In this document: piece after piece, positions 1 through 13,171 of the stretch | Layout: each line of letters begins with the position of its first letter | How positions within the stretch are numbered: position 1 is the first letter of the stretch | Assembly: GCA_043228905.1 (NCBI GenBank) | Contig: JBHGNT010000012.1 | Coordinates: 5,208,001 to 5,272,000, forward strand | DNA: 64,000 bases | DNA from: Azolla caroliniana | Lineage: Eukaryota; Plantae; Polypodiophyta | Reading direction: 5' to 3' | Translations under genes and position numbers: made by a program | Notes under the pieces: generated by a model | Database searches by the model: none | Told to the model about the DNA's origin: nothing | What the model saw: the letters and a program-made list of their open reading frames with translations, nothing else

Positions 1-3000
1 CTGTGTTGGTAAAAAGACAATGGTCCTCATCGCTTTTTGAGAAGCCGATCGATTGGATGAAGTCGTCGAACTTCTTGTACCATTGTCGCGGTGCCTGTTT
101 GAGGCCGTATAGACTCTTCCTGAGTCGGTAGACTAGATGTTCTTGGCCAGTTGCCACGAAGCCTTTTGGCTGCTCCATATAAATTTCCTCTTCAAGATCA
201 CCATGGAGGAAGGCTGTTTTGACATCTAGCTGAATCAGCTCCAAGTTGTCGGCTGCCACTACGCCGAGTAGAAAACGAAGGGTTGTCATTTTCACCACTG
301 GTGAAAAAATCTCGTCGAAGTCGACGCCATATTCTTGTCGGAAGCCCTTTGCAACTAATCTGGCCTTGTACTTTGGGGTGGTCGAATCAGACGTCTCTTT
401 TAGTCGATAAACTCACTTGCAAGGAAGAGCACGTCGATTCTTAGGTAATTCGACCAGATCCCAAGTCTTGTTTGCTCGAATGGAGTGCATTTCCGACTCC
501 ATCGCCAGATGCCAGGTGGCTGAATCGACAGATGTCGATGCTTCTTCGTAAGACGTCGGTTCGCCGGCGTCGGTGAAGAAAATTCCAGGAGAATACCTCT
601 CCGGAGGTTGCGACAGTCTCTCGGATCGTCGAGGTATGATTGGACTGGTCGCATCGGGTATCGAGGTCGGATGGTCCGAAAGCGAATTATTCTGCTGTGC
701 CGAGTCAGAGTTGTCCGAGTCGGTGGTGTAAGGTTCAGCTACCCGTGAAGCTGACCGTGTGTTAAGAGCGGGGCCTTCTTGAAGGGTTGGCACATCGGAA
801 AATGTTACCCTTCGGACTTCGATCGGTTTTTCGACTGATGGATTCATAGCCGACTCGTTGAACACAACGTCCGAACTTCGAACGATTTGTCTGCGTTCGG
901 GGTCCCAGAGTCGGTATCCCATTTCGCCGTCTGATCCATATCCAAGGAAAATGCATTTCCTGGACCGAGGTGCAAGTTTTCGGCGATCATCTTTCGGAAT
1001 AAGGGCGTAGGCCTCGCATCCGAAGATCCTCAGCTTGTCGTAATTCGGCTTACTGCCGATCCATAGTTCCTGAGGAATTTGAAGTCCTAGAGGTCTGCTT
1101 GGCGACATATTGATTATGTGTACTGCCGTGAGTAGAGCCTCTGCCCAGAAGCCATCCGACAGTCCGGAGTGTTGGAGCATGGAAACTATCCGTTCTTGGA
1201 TTGTCCGATTCATGCGTTCTGCAATCCTGTTTTGCTCCGGACTGTGTGGTGCCGTAAATTCACGTCGGATGCCGCGTTGTCGGCAGAATTTGACGAATTC
1301 TTCTGATTTGAACTCTCCCCCATTGTCGGTCCGAAAGCATTTCAGTTTTCGGTCAGTTTGATTTTCTACCATAGCGAGCCAATCGGAGAAGATCGAGAAG
1401 ACACGATCTTTGGTGCGAATTGGATAAGCCCACACCTTTCGAGTCGAATCGTCAATAAAACTGACGAAGTAAGAGGCACCGCCGAGAGACTGATGCGGCA
1501 TTGGGCCACAGACGTCCGAGTGGACTAAATCGAGAGGTCTCGTTTCTCTTGGTGCTGATGTCGGGTGTGATGCGGCTGCTTGTTTGCCATACTGGCAATG
1601 TTCGCAGAATTGATGGTCCGAGAAGGAGAGTTTAGGGATGTATCCGGCTCTAGATAGGTGCGTAATGCCGGCCTTGCTGAGGTGTCCTAATCTTCTGTGC
1701 CATAGTGATGACACAGGAATATCCACCAAAAACAGGTTACCCTCTCTGAGCGTAACGTGTAACGGATACAGTGAGTGTATCTTGGGTCCTCTAGCAAGCA
1801 GGAGGTTCCCCCTGTGGAGTGTCCACCCTCCCGAAGAAAAACCGGCACGAATGCCGTCTTCATCTAGTTGTCCGACTGAGATCAATGGCCTTGAGAGCTC
1901 GGGTACATGTCGGACATTGTGAAGTACAAGTGTAGAGCCACCTGCAAGGTTGAGCTCTACTGTGCCGATTCCAATGATGTCACAGTGTTACGAGTTGCCG
2001 ACTCGAACTGAGTCGGAGTGACGGATCGTATATTGCCGAAATTGGGATCGATGAGGAGTCACGTGAAATGACGCGCCCGAATCTAAGAGCCATGTGCTCG
2101 ATTCTTCAGTCGTGAGCAGAACTTCTGATCCGACTGGATTTTCGATTGATAGTATATTCGGGTCGTTTGGTAGCACATCAGCTGAGAAGCTGACGTAATT
2201 GATCTCCTCATGCCGGCCACTCTTCTTGTCTGATTTCTGAGACTTGTCGTTCTTGTTCTTGAGTGCGCGGCAGTCGGCTTTGATGTGTCCGGGTTTCTTG
2301 CAATAGTTGCAGATTCGATTATCCCGTGACTGGCTCCGTCTTCGCTGATTGTTCGGCTGCCGTGAGGAATCTCTTCCTCGTATGTTCGATCGGTCTGTCG
2401 AACCTTGTACTACATAAGCGTCGTCTGTTGAGTCTTTGGCGAAAGACTTTCTTCGAGCTGCTTCGGTCAGGATTGCGCTCGTGACTTCGGAGTATTTAAC
2501 AGCCGTGGTTGACGCGTTGCACACGGTTGTGACGAAAGTTTCCCATGATGAGGGAAGGCTGCTCATGAGTATCATTGCTCTGAGTTCATCCTCGATTGCC
2601 GTCCCCTGAGATGAGATTTGGGAGCTTATGCTTTCGTACTCATTGAGATGTGCTTGAACCGAATCTGATTCTTTCATCCGCAAGTTGTAGAGGCGCCGGA
2701 TCAGAAACATCTTCGTTGCAACGACCTTCTTTTCGTAGGTGTCCGACAGTGTTTTCCACAGTTCGAATGCTGTCGTACATGATTGCACCGTAAAGTATAC
2801 CGATTCCGATAGGTGCATCCGAATCGTGGCGCGGACGATTCTGTCCAGCTTCTGCCACTCGATTGGTTTGTATCCTTCTGGAGGTTCTTCATTTTCGATG
2901 GGATCGATTTGCCCCTTGACTATGAGATAGTCCTGCATTTGCTCCTTCCAGAAGTTGAAGTTCGATCCATCGAACTTTCGTAGACTCATTTCTGACGAGC

Positions 3001-3019
3001 CGGATGTTGATGCCATCAA
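1..3019 (-). pseudogene. C1 gag-pol polyprotein (gag-PR-IN-RT), single frame broken by two premature stops
   Basis: ORFs 1988-3019 and 413-1885 are in one frame; stops at ~1988 (likely CAA>TAA) and ~413 (TGG>TGA in CKW); RT motifs (QLDVKTAFLHG, LYGLKQAP) continue towards base 1. Confidence 0.9.
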
Positions 3020-4021
3020 ATTTGGTTTCGGTTGACGAAGCTCGGTTCGGAGTTGACTACGAACCTTGTTGGAGTGCAGCCGGTTGGCTCACCCGATATC
3101 GTTCTAGTCGGATTTGGACACGAGTCGGTTCGGCTTCGGATATATGTATTGTTGAACTTGCTCGAATTGACTCCGGTAACTTGAGGGACAGAACCGACTG
3201 GTCTTCCCGAATGTTGCCGAGTCGGAGTGAGCCCGGTTCGCTTCTGAATATATATGCCAAATACCGATTATTGAAACCGATTGTCTGGACCGATTCTGCT
3301 TCGGGTGACTGCAGCGACGAGAGAGACGGATCCAACTGATCCTCCCGAATGTCGATCAGCCGGATGAAGCACGAATTTGGGTTGTTGTCTTGAGACCGAT
3401 CTGCACCGAGTGGTTACAATGAGCGGCGAGCAGCGTTTGATGACCTCTTCGGATGCCGTTTAACCGAGTGGAGCACGATCGTGTCAATGTTGCACAAGGG
3501 GATTTCACCTCGAGCGGTTACGATCACAAGGAACAGAGTACAACCGGCTGGCTTACTCCAAGCGAAGATGATCTAACGCGATGAGATGCAAGCCTCGTTT
3601 TTCTTCTTCTTCTCTCTTCTTCGAATGACGCAAGAAACCGAATGCTATGCAGGCTGAGACGACGGCCGACAGCGGGTTGAAGGACCGAATACTGTGCAGG
3701 CTCTGATACCAAATGTTGGAGACAAGGCCGTCAATGCGGAAGATCTGATAGCATTCGATTGGGGTTGAATACCTGCGTATGACAGAATCGAAGATCGTGT
3801 GCGACAGAGATAGAGAGAGAGAGAGAGAGGGGAGGCACAAAAGACTCTTTCTATTCAATAGAAACAAATAATACAACCAACCTTACAAAAAGGTTACAAG
3901 GTCACTATATATAGTGACCGACTTAGGGCAACTACCATTTATGCTAATTACACAAATGGCCCAAACTTGATCTATACAAAGGGATAGTGTGAATACGTCC
4001 ATTATACACTTGTATTCGACA
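1..4021 (-). mobile_element. Ty1/copia LTR retrotransposon 'C1' (5' part; continues left of window)
   Basis: LTR 3714-4021 (TG...CA); iMet PBS (gctctgatacca, 3700-3711); gag with CCHC knuckle, protease WLLDSGAS, integrase HHCC/DDE, then RT start in copia order. Confidence 0.95.
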
Positions 4022-5501
4022 CTACGTACCACACCATGTCCGATCTCGGGGTGCTCTGTTTCATTGAGTTTGCTTCGTGTCTCGTCACGAAGGCAATCCC
4101 TTCTCCGGCTCTCCCGGAGTCTTCGGCGTAGTGCAATCGCTGCCGATTTCCCTTGTCGGTATGTCTGGAGCCGTTCCCGGAACCAGTTCTCTCCGAATCG
4201 GCACGCTTCTTCTAGCACTCACTTTCCCTGTGGCCTTTCTTGCCACAGTACCAGCACTCCGCGATGGACTTCCCTTGCCGGTTCTCATCACTTTGAGTCC
4301 CCCTATTTTCGGAGGGTCCGGAGTTGCTGTCGGCATCACTTCGGTGCCTTCTTCCTTGATCTCGTCGGCCGCCTTCATTGCGCCCTGACTCGCCTCGTCC
4401 TCCACGTCCACGAGGCCTATCTCCCTCCATGTACAGCATTTTGCTGTCAGCGTGCGTGCTTGTAGACGCACCCGCGTGGTTCTCCTCTACCAGGAGCATC
4501 GACTGTAAGTCGAAAAACGACGGCGTATTCTCCCGGGTACACACAGCCGTTCGGAACGCTCCGAACTTCGACGCCAAACCTCCAAGACAGATCTGGACCA
4601 TCTCGCTCTCCTCGATGTTCACCTCTATGGAGGCGAGGGAGTCGCAGATATCCTTGATCTTCGAGGTATAGTCCGCCACTGACAAATCGCGTTGTCGTAG
4701 GTTGCTCAACTCCTGTCGGAGCTGAAGCTTCCTGGCTGTGGTGCTCGCGGCGAAAATCTTTTTCAGATTTTCCCACGCACCCTTCGGCGTCTTTGCATCC
4801 CGAACATAGCTTAATAGCTGTTCGCCTACACACGATGCGAAGCAGTACAATACCCTGCTCGCCGATTGCTCCCACAACGGGAAGTCTCTGTGTGTTGATT
4901 CGGGTGCCGCGTCATTAGCTCCTTCGACATAACTCCAGTAGCCGTGCCTGAGCAGGTACTGGTGCATCTTGTAGGACCAAGACGCGTAGTTGGTTCTGTC
5001 GAGCTTCTCTGTTGGAAGCGAGCTCGCCATGCCTCTATCCATCGTTCTTCTTGTTCTTCTTCGTTAAGCTGTGTCGGCTGCAGAGAGGTTCTCAACCCTC
5101 GCGCTCTGATACCATGTAAAGAATAGCGTGTGGAAGCAGGTATGAAGACAGAACAAAGGAAGGAAACTCAAGTTCAATGGAGAGCTTCGGCTTACACGGT
5201 ATACGCGGGAGAGACAGAGAGAGAAACACAGAAAAAACTCTATTCAACAATAATACTCAGTCTGTACATAAGACGTGCTCAGTGAACACTTTTATACAAG
5301 TCCTGGAAGGACTGACCGAAGTACTGACAGTACTTCAATGCTCATTAAGAGCTCCTACACTAACTCCCAAATATATTCCTCACGGAATATCTTTCCTAAC
5401 GACCTCCCGGTTTACGCACTCGGCCTAACTGATCGGTCCCAGCCGATCCGGTCCTCGGCTTCTTCAGCCGATCTGGCCGATGTTGAGCTTTTCTCTCAAC
5501 A
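4022..5501 (-). mobile_element. Ty1/copia element 'C2' 5' portion (LTR 5115-5501, PBS, gag), interrupted by C1 in the protease motif
   Basis: gctctgatacca at 5103-5114 abuts TG-start LTR ending ctctcaaca at 5501; gag ORF 4212-5042 with CWYCGKKGH; the D-M-V-W-Y-V-D protease motif is cut at 4021/4022. Confidence 0.9.
4212..5042 (-). pseudogene. copia gag (UBN2-type + CCHC zinc knuckle) of C2
   Basis: KLDRTNYASWSYKM, ARKLQLRQEL, CWYCGKKGHRESEC. Confidence 0.85.
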
Positions 5502-6183
5502 CAAGGAATCAAGAAGTGAGGAGGAAGAGTCTATGGTTTACGCCCTGAGACCACGATTAAACAAAGAAGGTTAGCCAAACGAGAGAGAGAGAGTGTAAGA
5601 GGATCGTGTGTAGTCATAGGCGCATACAGAGATGCTGAGAACAACTTGTGTTAGGTAGATAAGTTTCTATTAATCAAAACATGCACGTGGCTTTGTGGGT
5701 GATTACAACCGGATCCGTGCTGGTGATAGAGTGTAGAGCTCTACAGTAGTTACATACAAAGATACGTAGGCATGTAGAAGGTCGATCCCCTGGTTGAGAG
5801 CACTCGAGCATCTGACGCGAGTAGGGGAAGTGCATGCCAGTGATACGTCGTAGGACTCCTTGTCTCCCCTCCTCTATGTTTCTTTTCTCCTCTCTAGATG
5901 ACATCCCTAAAATAGTCAAAGGTCGCCCCTTTTATAGCACAAGGAGCGACCGTTACAAAGCATTCATGACCTGTCGCTTTCCCTTCCTAGATTCTCGCCC
6001 TTGTAACACTCCCTACTTACGCGATGTCTAAATCCCTATTAATGCCTTAAATACCTAGTACACCTCCTTCTACCTATGCCTAGTACTTACACTATTTAAT
6101 TCACTATGGGTGTGCACTCGTGCACACCAGTGTTCCTGAGCATTTCACATTGTTTCCACCTATGGCCCGGAATCTTCACGACA
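5502..6183 (-). mobile_element. Partial LTR of the TGTCGTG gypsy family, interrupted by C2
   Basis: Right end cttcacgaca is the reverse complement of tgtcgtgaag, identical to the first 10 nt of the solo LTR at 12230; flanked by acgt; TATA-like cttttatag at ~5930. Confidence 0.75.
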
Positions 6184-8626
6184 ACGTGCAAGACATTCTT
6201 GATGCAAGTTTGTTTGCCTTCTTTCCCGAATGGGACATTGCCGATGTGCTGAATGGGATGTGTGGTGTCGTCTCCTGTCTCTATGAAGCCGGGTCGGTCC
6301 GGCGTTCGTAAGTCACGAAACCACTCTTGGTGTGACGTCATATTATGTGAGGCGCTGGAATCGACAAACCACATGTCTTCCGAATTGAAGGTGCTTGCGG
6401 AGTTGGAGGCCAACATAGAGTTCGCTCTATGCCTCATTACGAATAGTCTGCCGTAGTCATCGTATTCGGAGTTGGCAGCGTAATTCGTGAGTTGTCAACT
6501 TGCCGAAGCCGACTCGCTTCTTCTTTTTCCGCACTCCTCCACGCAGTGGCCGATTTTTCTGCAATAGTTGCAAGTTGTGGGCCTCATTTGCCGACCTTGT
6601 TCGGCATGGAAGCTCCTCCTTCTTCCAAAGGTTCCTTGATGGCTTCCATGAAGGTTTGAGTTCCCTTCATGTGATGGGCCGAATTGACCTCCTCTACCGC
6701 CGTGACCTCGTCCTCGGCCACCATCTGAATTTGAGAAGAAAGAAACATGGGATCTCGTTCCCTACTCACCGCACAAGAAGGCGATCTGTTGCAGATGGAT
6801 CTACAAGGTGAAGTATAACGCCGAAGACAAACGCCGAAGGCTCCGAAAGGGTGGCCCCTCCACCAAATGGACGTCAAGAACGCCTTTCTTCAAGGCGAAT
6901 TAGAAGAGGAGGTATACATGGTACAACCACCCGGCTTCGGATCGTGTACTCATCCGAAAGCCGTTTGCTGACTCAAGAAGCCACTCTACGGCCTCAAGCA
7001 AGCACTGCGTGCTTGGCATTCGAAGATTATGCAATATCTTCATCAAATCGGCTTTCGAATGTCGAAATTCGACAACTCCCTCTATGTACGAAACGACTCT
7101 AGAAGCTTGATTGTCATCATCCTATACGTGGATGATCTGGTCATTGGAGGAGAACGTTTAGTTGACATCAACAAGGTGAAATCCCTCCTTTCCAACAAAT
7201 TTGAGATGACGGACATGAAGGAACTTCATTACTTCCTAGGCATCGAAGTAATTCGGATTCCGACTGGCATTATGATCTCTCAACGAAACTACATTCTCAA
7301 CTTATTATACAAGTTCGGGATGACAGATTGCAAATATGTGGCAACCCCTCTCGATCGAAACCGCAAACTAGATGCCAACTTTGGCACAGATGAGTGCGAG
7401 CCGACTCAATATCGACAACTGATGGGGAGCCGCATCTATCTCACGATCACGCGACCCAACCTCAACTATTCGATCGGCCTCCTTAGCCAATTCATGCAAC
7501 CTCCACAAGCTATCCATTTCGATTGTGCTAAGAGATTATTACAATATGTGGGCAGCACAATGGATTACGACATCCTCTACGCATCGGCCACACCAATTCG
7601 ACTCGAAGGGTACACGGATGCCGACTGGGTCGGCTACAGAGCTGATCGGCGATTGACCTCCAGATTTTTCTTCTCGTTCAGTAGCGGAGCAATATCTTGG
7701 AGTAGTAAGAAGCAACCAACCGTAGCTCTTTCGAGTACGGAGGTCGAATACTGGGGCGCAACCGTAGCTGCATGTGAAGACGTATGGCTCAAGAGGATTT
7801 TGAAGGATCTGGGTGTTCCCATCAAGGATCCGACTCCCATTTATTGCGACAACATGAGCAGTATATATCTGGCTCGAAACCCAGTGTTCCACGCACACAC
7901 AAAGCATATCGAAGTGCACTACCACTTCATTCGAGAGCGTGTTCAGGCCAGAGATGTCGATCTTCTACACATCAACACGAATCTTCAGACAATTGACATC
8001 TTCACCAAGGCCCTAGGAGCCAACAAGCTTCAACAATGCATGTCAGACCTTGGATTGATGATCCCTGACTTGCCAAGCTTGAAGGGGAGTACAAGTGAGA
8101 ACCGGATACTATCCGAACTAAGTATGAGAGAAAGCGAACCTCAATCAAAAGGAACTGACCCGAGTTGAGCTGGAGGGGGCATGTTGAGAATCAAGCTCAA
8201 CATAGTGCAATGTGTGACCACACCTTTTGAGAGTCTATGATTACTCAGAGGTCAAGAGTCACACCACTATCTCTCTACACATTAACTATGTGTCACATAA
8301 CTAATGAGTTACATATTCCCCATGACTATGAGTCTTCACATTCCCCAAGAGAGAGTGGTTGTTGTAGTTAGTTAATGAAGAGAGAGGGTGACTATATATA
8401 AAGCACCCTTCTCCTACTTCATACTAAGTCGATTGTGACTCCTTGTAATGCTACATTTTTGTATTTCATATTCTCCTTGTGAATATACATCTTCTTCTTC
8501 TTAAGTATTCTATTTTCCATTCTATCTATCCATCTTGTGTCTTCTCTTCTCTTCTCTATTTCCTCTCAGACATACACATAACACATATCTCTTCCGCTAC
8601 ACAAGAATCATACCCGATTCTTTACA
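6184..8626. mobile_element. Rearranged copia 'C3': gag/protease fragment on minus (6184-6740) fused to RT-RNase H and 3' LTR (8182-8626) on plus
   Basis: WFVDSSAS on minus; ETWDLVP, YVDD, GYTDADW, KHIEVHYHFIRE on plus; PPT 8167-8181; LTR tgttgaga...ctttaca. Confidence 0.85.
7029..8168 (+). pseudogene. copia RT (C-terminal part) and RNase H of C3
   Basis: ILYVDDLVI, YFLGIEV, SWSSKKQPTVALSSTE, YCDN, KHIEVHYHFIRE motifs. Confidence 0.9.
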
Positions 8627-8728
8627 TAAACCAACCTTTTGTAGCTTACTTCTTGTTGGATGTAATATACAATTTCTTGTCTATAGCTCTCTCCCTCTCT
8701 CTCTCTCTCATTCTCTCTTGTCTCACGT

Positions 8729-8729
<1 letters not shown>

Positions 8730-8774
<45 letters not shown>
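8730..8774. repeat. (CA)n microsatellite within C4 5' LTR
   Basis: Perfect CA run; much shorter in the cognate 3' LTR (~14598-14607). Confidence 0.95.
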
Positions 8775-8777
<3 letters not shown>

Positions 8778-11700
8778 CCTTCCGCTGCACAGAATCACTC
8801 TCGATTCTTTACATGGTATCATAGTGCGTGGTAGCTTGATCCAAGCCCATCTCCTTTACGTGTGTTGTGCTCAAGCTCTAGAGAACCGGTTGATCATTGT
8901 AGCAACGATTTCTGCATAGCTCGCATCAAGAGTAGAAGAAGTTCGACAATGAACACCCAGATGGGAAGCACTCTTCCTAGAGAGAAGCTCGATAGAACAA
9001 ACTTTGCATCTTGCGAGTACAAGATGCATCAGTACCTTGTCGAACAAGGCTACTGGTGCTACATTGAGGGAGCTCACGAAACACGACCCATCCCAACACA
9101 CACTGACTACCTAGTGTGGGAGCAGGCCATGAGCCGTGTGTTGTATTGCCTTGCATTATGTATTCATGACCACATGCTCGGTTATATTCGAAACTCGAAA
9201 ATGCCAAAAGAATCTTGGGGAAATCTCAAGAAGATTTTTGTGGCCAATACGGTTACACAAAAGCTCCAACTTTGACAAGAGCTAAACAACATGCAACAGA
9301 GGGACATGTCGATCACTGGCTATACCTTGAAGATCAAGGAGCTGTGTGATGCCCTCGGTTCCATTAATGTCTTCATTGACGATGACAAAATGGTGCAAAT
9401 ATGCCTCGACGGCTTGGCACCTCGATTTGGCACGATCAGATCGTCCATTCTTGTGAGGGAGAACCCTCCCTCCATTATCGACCTTCAATCGATTCTATTG
9501 GTCAATGAAAATCACGTTCGACAAATGAACAATGCGCCTGATGGTCAGATGCTCTACACACAGTCGGATGATAGAAGAGGATTCGGTCGTGGAAATAGAA
9601 GTCGGTTCGGACAAGGCTGGCACGGTCGCCCGACCCAAGAGCATAACTCCCACCGATGGCAAGAGGACAAGAACAATCCCAGAGAGTTCAACAGAAGGGG
9701 GAGCCACCCCACTGGACTGAGCAATCGTAACAACCCGATCGAATGCGGGTACTGTGGAAAACACGACCACAATGAAGAGGAATGCCGAAAAAAGATACGG
9801 GACTCGGCTTCGACTAGCCGACAACTCACGAACTATGCTTCGAATTCTGATTACGATGATCATGGTGGGATGTTTGTGATGAGGCATGAAGCACATTCGA
9901 TGTCGGCACATGACCTGACTAGCACCTCCTCTTCAAATAGCATATGGTTTGTCGACTCAGGAGCATCCAATCACATGACATCCCATGAAGATTGGTTCCA
10001 AGAATTACGAAAGCTTGATCAACTGGGCTATGTCGAAACCAGAGATGATACGACTCACCCAATTTGGCATGTTAGAAATGTTCCATTTAGAAATGATGGC
10101 AAACAAACCTACGTCAAGAACATCTTGCATATCCCAACCATCATGAAAAACCTGGTCTCGGTTGGCTAGATTGTTGAACAAGGTATGCAAGTAGGATTCA
10201 ATAATGAAGGGTGCTTCATCGAAAAGGACGATTAAATCATAGCGCATGGTCGCTGAGAAGGCCGAATGTTCATCCTCGAATCAGAGGAGGTGAAATCGGT
10301 TATGTTCGCAAAAGGCCTTAAAGTCGAAACAGACTTGAAACTGTGGCACAAGAGAATCGGCCACATCAATCTCCAAAAGCTCCAAAACATGCAGTCGAAA
10401 GGAGTCATAATCGGACCCCCAACAAATTTTACTAAGAAAGAGATTACGGGCATATGCGAGGCGTGCCAATTCGGAAAACAACATCGACATCCATTCTAGA
10501 AAGAGAGGAATGTGAGCAAAGGGATCCTGGATGTAGTACATTCAGATGTGTGGGGACTAGCCCAGATGGCAACATTCGGTGGTTGCCGATTATATGTCAG
10601 GTTTATCGACGACTTCTCCATGCATACTTGGATCTACCCGATGAAACAGAATCTGCGAATTGTTTGGCCACTTCCAAAGGTTCAAAAATGAAGTCGAAAA
10701 AGCCATAGGTCAGCACATACGCTACCTTCGATTGGATGGAGGCAAAGAATATTTCTCAAACCAGTTTACGACATATCTCTGAAAGGAAGGAATATGACAA
10801 GAATTCTCGTGTCAACATACACCTCAACAAATTGGTGTAGCCGAACAGAAGAATTAGCACATAGTAGAGGTTACACGGGCAATGATGAATGAGAAGAACC
10901 TGGCGAAATCGGACTGGGCAGAAGCGGCGAACACGGCCGTATATCTCATGAATAGGTGCACAACCTTTGGGGTACACGACGTAACCCCTCATGAGAGGTT
11001 TTATGGAAAGAAGTAGGATTTATCACATGTCCAGATTTTCGGCTCAATCACCTACGTGCATATTCCCGACGAGACGCGACAAAAGCTTGACCCGAAGTCG
11101 GAGAAATGTATCCTCGTGGGGTACTCGCTCGAACAAAATGGGTACAAATGCTACAACCCATCTACCCGAAAAGCTTGAGTGAGTCGAGACGTCATTTTCG
11201 ATGAGTCGGCATCCTGGTACGATCCAGAGACCACTCCGATTTCTACTCCAGTCGACCCGGAATTGGCCGAACGAGAGATACAAGAAGAAGATCGACTCGG
11301 ATACATGTACAAAGATAGCCCGCATATGACAAGGCTTAGTGGACCACAGGAGCCCCCAAGTGACCAAAGCACATCTCGGCTGAGTTCGAAACTCGACAAA
11401 GGGAAGGCCAAGATGTCCGAATATAAAGATCCAATCGACAACGAGTCAACTCACTCCCTTGACAGTGACATTGAAGGCTTGGACATCCCGATCATCCAGA
11501 CGAATGGAGCGAAGAAAGCATTAGTCTCTGCGAACGAGAAGCTACGCTAGTCTACTTGTGAAAAGAACCTCGTCAGCCGATTCGGCTATGATGAGTACAT
11601 GGCGTATCATTACACCGTTATGATGAAGGTAGCAACTGTCTGAGAGCCGAAAGCACTTTCCGAAGTTGTGAAGGACCCGTGATGGGTCGACGCGATGAAT

Positions 11701-12229
11701 GAAGAAATGCAGGGCTTGTGCAAAAACGAGACATGGGATCTTGTTCCCCATTCACCTCATATGAAAGCAATTGGTTGCAGATGGATCTATAAGGTCAAAT
11801 ACAATGCTGATGGCTTAGTGAATCGCTTCAAAGTACGACTCGTCGCAAAAGGATACGCACAAACGCACATAATTGATTATGCGGAGACCTTTGCCCTGGT
11901 AGCAAAGATGACAACGATGTGGAAAGTTATTGCACTCACATCGGCGAAAGAACGCATCTCCACCAGATGGACGTAAAGAACGCCTTCCTACAAGGCGAAT
12001 TAGAAGAGGAGGTTTTGATGATTCAACCCCCCGGTTTCGAATCGAAAAATCATCCAAAAGAAGTATGTAGACTAAAGAAGCCACTCTACATCCTTAAGCA
12101 AGCACCACGTGCTTGGCATTCGAAGATCACTCAGTATCTTCATGAAATTGGCTTTCGAATGTCGAAATCAGACAACTCCTTGTACATCCGAAACGAGTTA
12201 AACAACCTGATTGTCATCATCCTCTACGT

Positions 12230-13171
12230 TGTCGTGAAGTTGACACTTCACGATGTGAAAGCAATGTCAAAAATCTATAGAAGTACATTTCCCATCTGGA
12301 GCTTATGACAAGGAGCATGAAGGAATTTTCGGTTCGTGAATTGGAGTTCAGAAGCCCAAGATACAAGCTTAAGAAGGATTAATGTTACTTGGGACAAAAA
12401 TGTAATTATGTCAAAAGGGGGAGTCAAAATTAAATAAGGGCTATTTCTATAATTTCTTAAATATAGAACTATAAAATTGAATTGTAGCATCAATAAATAA
12501 AGAAAATAAAATAAAAATACAACCGCCTTGCATGAGGCGGTTTGTCAACCGCCTCAAGAGGGTGGTAGGGCGGTTGACCACCCTATATAAGCCACGCCTA
12601 TGGTGGCTAAAGGGGGAGAGAGGAGGAGAAGGAGAAGGAAGAGAAGGAAAAGCGAGTGAAGAAGCTCGTGTGGGTATGGGATGCAGAGCTCGCCAAAGAA
12701 GATGGTGACCTGCATAAATCAAGACAAGAGTTAAAGAAAAGAAAAGGGATATAAGAAAAGGAAGAAGTTAAAGTGGTGTATCTCAAACGCCTCTTTGTAA
12801 ACAAGAGGTCATGAGTTCGAATCCTCTTCAAATAAATTCTTTTGGTAATCAAATTTTGTAATATAAATTTAGTATATATAAAGTGAAAGAGAAAGACAAA
12901 TAAATAGAAACTAGAGAGATTGAAGTGGTCTATCTCAAACGCTTCTTCTCAAATAGAGTTTGTGAGTTCAAGTCTTGCCAAGTAACTTTTGGCAAATAAA
13001 TATTGTAAGTGGTTGTTTTACAAGTAAAATTCTTTTCGCGACAACGTCACATTTATCTTGCCTTCTCGGCTTCTTGTCATCGCACCGTTTGCGATTATGC
13101 GTTTTCACCCCGATCATCCCTGAGTCACAGAACCCCGGCGGTTGCGACACACAACCACAATCTTCGCGACA
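12230..13171 (+). mobile_element. Solo LTR (TGTCGTG family) with 4-bp TSD ACGT, inserted in the YVDD codons of C4 RT
   Basis: Termini tgtcgtgaag...cttcgcgaca; acgt at 12226-12229 and 13172-13175; removal restores tac gtg gat gat; TATA ctatataag ~12583. Confidence 0.88.

Noticed and set aside
8182-8813. Single LTR shared by two tandem elements (PPT before, PBS after)
   Set aside because: An internal LTR end (gattctttaca, 8626) shows it is the C3 3' LTR inserted in the C4 5' LTR; only 8627-8813 matches the C4 3' LTR.
12760-12830. Functional tRNA gene
   Set aside because: D-arm spacing and acceptor stem are irregular and it lies in an LTR; reported only as tRNA-like.
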